Shown here piece by piece: positions 11,121 to 18,573 of a stretch of DNA of 64,000 bases. The number at the start of each line of letters is the position of its first letter. The first letter of the stretch is position 1. Location of the stretch: assembly GCA_030272815.1 (NCBI GenBank), contig JAJSZT010000007.1, positions 31,319-95,318 of the forward strand, in the 5' to 3' direction. A model generated the notes under the pieces. It had not been told where the DNA came from. It was given only the letters and a program-made list of their open reading frames with translations, and searched no databases. The position numbers were made by a program, and so were the translations under genes. This stretch comes from Deltaproteobacteria bacterium (GTDB lineage Bacteria; Desulfobacterota; Desulfobacteria; Desulfobacterales; ETH-SRB1).

Positions 11121-12343
11121 CTGACACCACAGATCAAAAAGGGCCATCTGAAAAATTAAGCCCCAATTACGATGATGCTGTCTACAAGCATCTAAAGCAG
11201 GCCATTGGAGATTATCTGCAATGGATGAAATCGGTCGGATATGCTCGTAAAACCCGTCAAAGTTATCAAGCGCAGTTAAACCAATTTCTTTGCTTTATCA
11301 AAAGCAACAAAATTAGCCGACAACAATTTTTTACTTCAAACAGCCTTGAAGGCTTTAAAAAAATCACTGGGCAAAGCAGGCTGCCGGCCATCAATGGACT
11401 CTCACGCTATTTATTTTCCCAAGGCCAAATACCACAGCCTTTAGACCAAAGCACACAGCGCATTGATTTGCCGAAAATCTACGAAGACTATCTGGCGTAT
11501 CAGCAAACCCACCGGCAGGCAACCGCACGCCTCATATCAAGTATCAAAAGAGTACTGGCGGCTTTTGATTATTACCTGCAAACGCATAAAATTGATCTTG
11601 GCGCATTAAAAATAGAACAAGTAGATGCTTTTCTGGCAGAATTTTTGGCACCCTTTGCAGCGGCCTCATGCAGAATCTACCGCTGCAGGCTACGCGGTTT
11701 TTTAACGTATTTATACCATGAGCGCAACGTCATAAAAACAGATCTTGCCCCTCTTGTGGTCGGCCGATGTGAATATGCTCAGGCCAAACCACCTAATTTC
11801 TTACGGCCTGAAGAAATTGAAAAGCTGTTTGCCGGCTTAACCCTTCGCAGTGCATCCGATATCCGCACCTACGCCCTGGTGCACCTGGCCTACACGATGG
11901 GACTGCGCCCCAAAGAGATTAGCCGAATCAGCCTCGACGAAATAACTTTTAGCACACAGCAGTTAAGGCTTACTGATCGAAAAGGCAATAACCCTTTTGA
12001 GCTTCCCATGCCCGAACATACCGCCAAAGCCGTTGCCGCATACGTGATCGGTGTCAGACCCAAAAGCGAGCACCGCACCGTTTTTTTAACCATCCCGCCC
12101 CCCTTCCGACCCATGAGTTCCAATGCGGTGGGATACCATATCACCAAAGCAATGCGAAAGGTCGGCCTGAGCTCGACGGCCTATTGGTTGCGTCATACCT
12201 ATGCGCAAAACCTGCTGGAGTCCGGTGCCTCAATCTTTGAGATCAAAGAGATGCTCGGACATGACAAGATCGAGTCCACCAAACTCTACCTGCATGTACA
12301 CCTCAAACTGATGCGAAAGGTACTTTTCGATGAAACATTTTGA
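11117..12343 (+). CDS. Tyrosine recombinase, RitA-like (408 aa)
   Basis: Has an N-terminal SAM-like core-binding region. The catalytic region is MGLRPKEI...WLRHTYAQNLL...LGHDKIESTKLYLHV. Confidence 0.85.
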   Translation: MTDTTDQKGPSEKLSPNYDDAVYKHLKQAIGDYLQWMKSVGYARKTRQSYQAQLNQFLCFIKSNKISRQQFFTSNSLEGFKKITGQSRLPAINGLSRYLFSQGQIPQPLDQSTQRIDLPKIYEDYLAYQQTHRQATARLISSIKRVLAAFDYYLQTHKIDLGALKIEQVDAFLAEFLAPFAAASCRIYRCRLRGFLTYLYHERNVIKTDLAPLVVGRCEYAQAKPPNFLRPEEIEKLFAGLTLRSASDIRTYALVHLAYTMGLRPKEISRISLDEITFSTQQLRLTDRKGNNPFELPMPEHTAKAVAAYVIGVRPKSEHRTVFLTIPPPFRPMSSNAVGYHITKAMRKVGLSSTAYWLRHTYAQNLLESGASIFEIKEMLGHDKIESTKLYLHVHLKLMRKVLFDETF

Positions 12344-13304
12344 AAGCTTTATGGCCTCGCAACTGCAAGAATATGCCTCCTACCGCAGGGCACTGGGCTA
12401 TGCCCAAAAAGGCATCAAACCCTCGTTGTTGGCTTTTGATAGATACCTGATACAAGAAAATGCCACTCGGGATCAGCTTCAGCCGGCTTTTTTTCTACAG
12501 TTAAGAGCCAAGATCAGTGACCACCCCAATACGGTCAACAGGATCCTGTCGGCGCTTCGCAGCTTCTTTCAATTTTTAGTGCGCCGGCGCATCTGTGAGG
12601 ATAACCCGCTCAAAGATATCCCGCCGTTGCCCGAGCGTTACTTTGTCCCTTTTGTTTTTTCCCTCGAGCAAACCGATCTGCTGCTTGAGGCGGTGTGTAA
12701 TAATATCAGAAAATCTGAAAAGCATTTGCTATTTGACATGGCCATTTATCTGGCCATCGTGATGCTGGCGCGATGCGGCATGCGAATCAATGAGCCTTTA
12801 CGGCTTCACTGTCATCACTACCGTGCCGATGAGGGCAGTGTTTATATCCAAAGAACCAAATTTAGAAAAAACCGCCTGATTCCACTGCCCATAGCCGTGC
12901 TGGCTGAAGTCGAAAACTACCGGGCCGCCCGCCAGGTTTTGTGCCCTGGAGATCAAAACCCCTACCTGCTGGCCGGTAGAAGACTGGGGCCCATTAAAGA
13001 CTATCATATCCGCGCCGTCTTTCATCAGGCGGTCAAAGATATTGGACTCAGCCGCCCGAAACAAACCATCGGCAACATCACTTTCGGTAAGCCGATCCCT
13101 CACAGCTTAAGGCATGGATTTGCCATTAACACCTTGAATCAGATCAAAGCCCGGGGCAAATCCCCTCAGCAGGCCCTGCCGGTTTTGGCCACTTACATGG
13201 GTCATCGTAAATACCAGTACACCGGCGCATACCTCAAAGTCAAAGATGCCAAAGATATTCCAGGATTAATCGCCTTTACCAAATCGCAGTTGGATGTCAT
13301 ATGA
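12330..13304 (+). CDS. Tyrosine recombinase, RitB-like (324 aa)
   Basis: Catalytic region CGMRINEPL...HSLRHGFAINTL...MGHRKYQYTGAYLKV. The gene overlaps both neighbours. Confidence 0.85.
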   Translation: MKHFESFMASQLQEYASYRRALGYAQKGIKPSLLAFDRYLIQENATRDQLQPAFFLQLRAKISDHPNTVNRILSALRSFFQFLVRRRICEDNPLKDIPPLPERYFVPFVFSLEQTDLLLEAVCNNIRKSEKHLLFDMAIYLAIVMLARCGMRINEPLRLHCHHYRADEGSVYIQRTKFRKNRLIPLPIAVLAEVENYRAARQVLCPGDQNPYLLAGRRLGPIKDYHIRAVFHQAVKDIGLSRPKQTIGNITFGKPIPHSLRHGFAINTLNQIKARGKSPQQALPVLATYMGHRKYQYTGAYLKVKDAKDIPGLIAFTKSQLDVI

Positions 13305-14320
13305 GACTTTCTACCTGTATCCACCAGTTTTTTGAAAAATATTTGCCCCGCATCAAAGGGGTCAGCACCCATACCATCAAAGCCTATCGGGATACCTTTA
13401 AACTGTTTTTGCCTTTTGCCGCCAATTACCACGGTATCAAAGTCGCATCGCTGTCCCTGGATCACCTTACCCCGCAACTAATCCTGGCTTTTTTGGATTA
13501 TCTTGAGTCAGAACGCAAAAATACGCCTAAAACCCGAAACCATCGCTTGGCTGCCATCAAATCGCTGGCCAAAATGATCCGCTTTATGTATCCCAAAAAA
13601 TCAGCGCTCATGGAAAAAATTATGGGCATTCCCCAAAAACGCACCCAAAGACCGCTGATTGGCTTTTTGTACCCCGAAGAATTCGATCAAGTCTTAAATA
13701 CCGTCGACCTGAACAAATCCGAAGGCTTTCGCGACTACACGATCTTACATCTGCTCTTTGACTCCGGAGCCCGCGCCAGTGAAATCGCAGCACTCAAACT
13801 TGACTACTTTAATCCCCAACAAAAAACCCTGGCCATCTTAGGAAAAGGCAACCGCTTCCGACAAATCGAGTTATCTGCCACAACTGTAAGGTTGATTAAA
13901 ACCTATATTGTCCGATACCGCCGAGCACCAAAGCCGGCATACCAGGAGCGACTGTTTATCAGTCAACACGGCAAACAGTTGACTCGCCATGGCATCTACC
14001 GCCTGTGCCGAAAGTATCTACGCCAAGCCTTACCCGCCAAAAGGCTCACAGTCCTCAATCCGGTACATAGCTTTCGGCACGCTTGTGCGATGAATATGCT
14101 CGCCAAAGGCTATTTATTATCGGAAATTAGAAATCACTTGGGTCATGAAGACATCCAATCCACATCGGTGTATCTTCAGCTGGACGTACCTCGTAGAAGA
14201 AAAATCCAGAAGAAGTTTACCCAGGACACCCACTCGTTATTGCTCCGCAATGCCGAGATAGAAGAACTGATCGATCAAAAAGATAAAGATAGTATAATGG
14301 AGTGGCTTGACAGTCTTTAA
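13301..14320 (+). CDS. Tyrosine recombinase, RitC-like (339 aa)
   Basis: Catalytic region SGARASEIAAL...HSFRHACAMNML...LGHEDIQSTSVYLQL. Confidence 0.85.
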   Translation: MRLSTCIHQFFEKYLPRIKGVSTHTIKAYRDTFKLFLPFAANYHGIKVASLSLDHLTPQLILAFLDYLESERKNTPKTRNHRLAAIKSLAKMIRFMYPKKSALMEKIMGIPQKRTQRPLIGFLYPEEFDQVLNTVDLNKSEGFRDYTILHLLFDSGARASEIAALKLDYFNPQQKTLAILGKGNRFRQIELSATTVRLIKTYIVRYRRAPKPAYQERLFISQHGKQLTRHGIYRLCRKYLRQALPAKRLTVLNPVHSFRHACAMNMLAKGYLLSEIRNHLGHEDIQSTSVYLQLDVPRRRKIQKKFTQDTHSLLLRNAEIEELIDQKDKDSIMEWLDSL

Positions 14321-14728
14321 GGCCGTAATGAAGCTGTTTGCCGGACGAAGAAACATATAATGAGCCGCTGTTAATTATGTTGTCAGTTCGATTAGAAATC
14401 TTAAAAAATAAGGCTGTATCTTTTTGATATTATAACAAATTATTGTATTTGCAAGGCGCTTGATAAATATCTAAATATTTTCAATGAGTTAGGTGACTTG
14501 GCAACATAATAGCAGAGATCAAAAGGCGTGATAATGTATGCCCAGCTTCACCTACGGGCGTAGCCCGTCAGAGTGCAAGTTGTTTAGGCACAATACCTTG
14601 AAATTGATTTAAATCCGGTTTTGTCAAGACCGCAGTCCAAACCCCAGTGTCTTTTTTTGCTCGCTTAAGAGGAGTAGGCTTTCATCTCGGAGCGACGGTT
14701 TTTCCAAGTTTAGTGTTGCAGCAACTTC

Positions 14729-15169
14729 TTATTTTCCACAACAATGCTTATACTTCTTACCACTTCCGCAAGGACAAGGCTCATTTCTACCAACTTTTCT
14801 TTTATTTACAACAGTAAATCTTCTGTGTGAAACATTATCGAATGTGTTTTCTTCCTTTTCAACATATTCATCATCATCATCATCATCATCATCGTAAGCA
14901 TATTGCATTTTATCATATTCTCGTCTGTCAAATATCTGCTTAGCAATTGTCACAGCAGAGATGATAAAGGCGAATACAAAAGTAGCACCGATACAAAGAA
15001 CAGAAGACTGAGATACTGTTACAGGAAGTATCAAAGAAAGTAGATATCCAGCCGCAACAAATGCTGCCGTAGAAATTGCTATTAAAAGTACAATGCAAGC
15101 AAGGAAGACTAAAATTGAAATTATTGTCTTGATGATAGAGCCCCCAGTCAGGATTTGTTTACTATGCAA
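14729..15169 (-). CDS. Membrane protein with a poly-Asp tract and a C-terminal SEC-C motif
   Basis: Three predicted TM helices, then [11 protein letters not shown] encoded by (GAT)8, and a C-terminal [13 protein letters not shown]. Confidence 0.55.
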   Translation of the reverse strand: MHSKQILTGGSIIKTIISILVFLACIVLLIAISTAAFVAAGYLLSLILPVTVSQSSVLCIGATFVFAFIISAVTIAKQIFDRREYDKMQYAYDDDDDDDDEYVEKEENTFDNVSHRRFTVVNKRKVGRNEPCPCGSGKKYKHCCGK

Positions 15170-15231
15170 AGACGACAGATATTCATAAACATCTTCTTTT
15201 GCTTTTACAGTGAGATCACTACCATTGGTCT

Positions 15232-15357
15232 AGGATGAGGAGCGCGCTGTTTGCGTCTGTCTCAATCCGTTTGATGTCATAGCGGTCGCGCTTGCACGGC
15301 ATTTATTTATTGGCGCTCCTCATCCTGGGCGATGTCCCCGAGGTACGAGGGAACATC
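15232..15357. repeat. ~126-bp structured repeat, family B (copy 1)
   Basis: Near-identical to 18323-18451 in the same orientation. It has a long-range stem AGGATGAGGAGCGC / GCGCTCCTCATCCT plus a second hairpin GATGTCCCC...GGG(A/G)ACATC. Confidence 0.8.
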
Positions 15358-15507
15358 GGCAAGGATAACCTGATGAAAAAACAAACAAAATATGGCTAAA
15401 AAGCGAAAAAAGATCAATAAACAACAAAATTTGTAGAAACCAAAAAACGGCCAGGCTTTTTCAGTCAGAGTTCATCCTTTTGTTCGGCGGCATCTGGCAA
15501 CTGATGT

Positions 15508-15711
15508 TCAACTCGACACGGAGTGCCTTGCTTCTTCGCTCCCTTCAAAGACAGCCAATTCCTCGTGTAGGCGCGCAATCATTTTACGAATGCCAGCCTT
15601 CGTGAATCCTTTCGAACCGATGGGGTGGGTCTGTTGCAACCGCTCCAATCGTTCTTCAAGGATACGCATTTCTTCTTGCGCTTTTTCGTATTCTGTCAGA
15701 TTAAAAATCAT
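15508..15711 (-). CDS. Small helical protein (67 aa), possible antitoxin-like partner
   Basis: Overlaps the stop of the upstream gene by 4 nt. The sequence is charged and coiled-coil-like. I recognise no family with confidence. Confidence 0.3.
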   Translation of the reverse strand: MIFNLTEYEKAQEEMRILEERLERLQQTHPIGSKGFTKAGIRKMIARLHEELAVFEGSEEARHSVSS

Positions 15712-16157
15712 AGTTTGACCTCCACAAGTCCTTTGCGCCGGCCATCGGCTTCACGTGTGCGACTGAAAAACTCAATCCACTCATTCCAGTCGGTTTCGTC
15801 TTCCGCAGCAAAGATTTCTTCAGGGCGACGGGTCAGAATCATTTCTTCCAGTTCTAATGCCGCCTCAATTTCTTGCTCAATTTGGTGTTGGAAATCCGGA
15901 GGAAGCAGAATAACCGCGTCAATGTCGTCCGGTTCAGCCTTCGCTGTGACGAAACTTCCATCAATCAGCAGACGTAGACCACCAATCAGTCGAGCCAACT
16001 CTATCCAACGCCTAATTCGAATAACCAGCCGTCTACGCCGCCGAGACGATGAACCAAATCGAAACATGACTTCAGTTTTCGAAGCCAGGTACAGCCCTTC
16101 TTCAGGCAGGTAACCATCGGCGCAAAATTTAGGTATTATCGAATCCTGCGGCTCCAT
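15708..16157 (-). CDS. Nucleotidyltransferase-fold-like protein (DUF6932-like)
   Basis: The segment LLIDGSFVTAKAEPDDIDAVILLP resembles a minimal NTase / DUF6932 signature. I chose the start at MEPQDS (16157). Confidence 0.4.
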   Translation of the reverse strand: MEPQDSIIPKFCADGYLPEEGLYLASKTEVMFRFGSSSRRRRRLVIRIRRWIELARLIGGLRLLIDGSFVTAKAEPDDIDAVILLPPDFQHQIEQEIEAALELEEMILTRRPEEIFAAEDETDWNEWIEFFSRTREADGRRKGLVEVKL

Positions 16158-16355
16158 ATGAACTCCTTGATGTCCGATAAACATATTATAGCAGAAAAGA
16201 CGGTAGATGCAACCCAAGCAAGTCCGTCGGTCGTACATAACTTGTAGCCGCCGAACGCCTCCGCATCACCTACAAGCAGGGAAACGGGTATTTGTAAATG
16301 CTACGTTTTGCTCAAACTTGGCAAATGTTACAGCCGTCCGACCCTGCTTGTAAGA

Positions 16356-17685
16356 GTTCCGGGTAAAGGCACCGGTTACCCGGCGCCCTCCCCACAGACC
16401 CGTACTTGAAGGATTCCACTCATACGGTTCCTCGGTATGCTAACGCACTCAGGATTCCCTAATCAGCGAAAACATGACCAAACAGTCTGGATAGAAATAC
16501 GGCGCGCGCAACCCTCGACTGCCGGATTCACTATTGACTTTCTTTCATTAACGCCTCGCTGCACGCAGCTACTACGTGTCGGTCGTGTTATCCCGCAGTG
16601 TAAGATTCACGTTTCCGTAAGCCCCCGTTTTCATCCCGGACGGTCGGATTTCCCGAGTCCGGTTGGTGACCATAGCTTTCCCCATGAGCCTTCCCTGATG
16701 ACGCCGAAACTTAAGTGCTGACTCACATACGCCCCTTGCATTATCGGTTTACTCATAGCTCGACATTTAATGGCGGTCACCAGCTTATTCGGTTCTGAGT
16801 CCGAGGCTGTGCCACTTCGATGCCCGCCAAGCGCCAAGAGCCCCTTTGCCCGCTCAAGGTGTTACCCCTTACGGCGAGACGTCTGGCGTCCCGTCAGAGG
16901 GAGTTACCCCTCCTTCATCACTCATACTGGCTCATGCGCCAGACCAAAACCCTCTCCCCGGCTTCGCTCGTCACTGTTCCGGTTAGTCTTCGCAGGTTGC
17001 TGTCAGCCCCTGCTGGGAGATGGCCCTTCCCAACGTTATCTCCGTAATCTTTGTAAAGGTGCTTGTACCCATACCCCGCGGTGTTTCCCTGGTGCACTCA
17101 ACCGTTTCTTCCCATCGGACAACGGCCTCACGTCAAGCCTGACACGTTCGGCACACGCAAACAACCCCAGTAATGCAATTTCAACTGGGAGCACTTTTTC
17201 GAGGCTGCAGTAATTCCTTAATGTTCAGGCTCCCTTACTCACTTGGCCCCCCGATTGCACCCACCGCTATACCCACTTTATGTGAACATAGGGCGGCCGG
17301 GCCGTTTACACCACGCAATGGACGTGAGGTTACCCTTCACGAACTGTGGTATCACTACATACCCGAATCGAGCAATTGGTATGACGGGACTTTCACCCGC
17401 TAGATTAAGGCCTTGTCGGCCGCTACCTCAGACCCCGGTGGTGTCCTGAATACTCGCCATAGCGCACCCAGGGCTGCTGCCTTCCAGTGCATACAAACTG
17501 TCGGCGTTTCCTCGCAATTTTTCGATCATGAGTTTATCCTGCTGTCCACAACTATACATTTTTCGGGGCTCAATCACACAGCCTGCATTCTTGTTCCGCC
17601 CGGCTTCGGACTCTCCTTACGGAGCTTACCCTCGGACGTCACTATTGACCTGCTGGCTAAGCTTTTGTCAAGTGGGACTTCGCAC
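16356..17685 (-). ncRNA. ORF-less group II intron-like structured RNA (3' end well defined, 5' end uncertain)
   Basis: On the minus strand, a domain V-like 34-mer at 16430-16397 reads GAACCGUAUGAGUGGAAUCCUUCAAGUACGGGUC. A domain VI-like helix follows, with a GUAA tetraloop and a single bulged A (complement of 16364) 8 nt before the ...GAAC end at 16356. Candidate 5' GUGCG/GUGUG sites are at 17685, 17467 and 17156. The sense strand is purine-rich and GC-rich, with no maturase ORF. Confidence 0.45.
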
Positions 17686-17820
17686 TATGCGATCACCCAC
17701 TGGGTAACAACATCGAATTTCATCCCGCCTTGCGGGAATCCCAACGATTCGGATTTATCTGGACACGAGAATGCACTGGTTAGCGGTCGAAGTATCAGTT
17801 TCTTGTGGGGAATAACCGCC

Positions 17821-18234
17821 TTATCGTTGTGCATGTAGGCGGCGTAATTCATCCTCCATATGCTCTCTTTCCATTGTAAGTCTTTCAAGCCATCGCTCCT
17901 GATCTTCGATTGTCCTCCACGCATCTGGATCAGTCTCAAGCATAGTTCTTAACTGTTCAATTCCGCGGCGAGCTTTTTCTTGGTCGTTTTCATTATTCGC
18001 CAAATGTTGCTGCAATTCTTCAATTCTTCCTGTAATTTCATCGAGCGGAACCTTCTGTGTCGTTGTAGAATTTCTCCCGTCGGTTTGTACTTCTCCAAAC
18101 TCTAAAACAAAAATGCCAGGTATCCCAATTTTCCTGACTGTAAGTCCCGAATACAAGTTAAATGCTACAAGAACGATTAGAAGCAGAGTACTCACAATCC
18201 ATAATAATCCCTTGTATTTATTCTCATTACTCAT
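17821..18234 (-). CDS. Hypothetical membrane-anchored coiled-coil protein
   Basis: N-terminal TM segment (LLWIVSTLLLIVLVAFNLY) followed by a charged helical region. Confidence 0.4.
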   Translation of the reverse strand: MSNENKYKGLLWIVSTLLLIVLVAFNLYSGLTVRKIGIPGIFVLEFGEVQTDGRNSTTTQKVPLDEITGRIEELQQHLANNENDQEKARRGIEQLRTMLETDPDAWRTIEDQERWLERLTMEREHMEDELRRLHAQR

Positions 18235-18322
18235 AAGCTCTCCTCTTCCTATTTGATTACAGCTCTATTGTACCTAATTGGGCATCAATTATCTAAACAT
18301 GGGGTATTTTCCGCTAACGCCC

Positions 18323-18451
18323 AGGATGAGGAGCGCGCTGTTTGCGTCTGTCTCAATCCGTTTGATGTCATAGAGGTCGCGCTTGTACGGCATTTATTTA
18401 TTGGCGCGTTCCTTCATCCTGGGCGATGTCCCCGAGGTACGAGGGGACATC
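18323..18451. repeat. ~126-bp structured repeat, family B (copy 2)
   Basis: Direct repeat of 15232-15357, with a few substitutions and a 3-nt indel in the 3' arm of the long stem. Confidence 0.8.
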
Positions 18452-18534
18452 CAGTTATTATATAGTTTCTGACTATTCCCACAGATTCCATGATTGTTGA
18501 CCAAAAATTAGCAAAAAAACAGTTTTTCTAACTG
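18451..18534. repeat. 84-bp repeat, family C (copy 1), inverted partner at 45559-45642
   Basis: CCAGTTATTATATAGTTTCTGACTATTCCCACAGATTCCATGATTGTTGACCAAAAATTAGCAAAAAAACAGTTTTTCTAACTG. Manual alignment shows 5 substitutions against the reverse complement of 45559-45642. Confidence 0.85.
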
Positions 18535-18573
18535 TATATTTCAACAATTTGGATATTAAACAGAAAAGATGCG

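Larger units (their letters stand above)
9907..14320 (+). mobile_element. Recombinase-in-trio (RIT)-type element: two upstream ORFs plus three tandem, overlapping tyrosine recombinase genes
   Basis: Five co-directional genes have abutting or overlapping stops and starts (10527/10530, 11120/11117, 12343/12330, 13304/13301). The last three each carry R..HxxR..Y integrase catalytic signatures. The block is visibly GC-richer than its flanks. The outer boundaries are not resolved. Confidence 0.7.

Noticed and set aside
9463-15169. The idea that the two SEC-C motif genes are halves of one gene split by the RIT insertion
   Set aside because: The upstream protein already ends with a complete SEC-C motif and a stop, and the downstream one begins with its own complete motif and ATG. 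The nucleotide sequences of the motifs differ, and the domain architectures (TM/poly-Asp versus TPR) are complete proteins.
16437-17838. Six overlapping plus-strand ORFs (68-147 aa) across the GC-rich block
   Set aside because: They overlap one another in all three frames and have Pro/Arg/Ser-rich low-complexity translations. They have no RBS and no recognisable motifs. They are best explained as a stop-codon-poor antisense strand of a purine-rich structured RNA.
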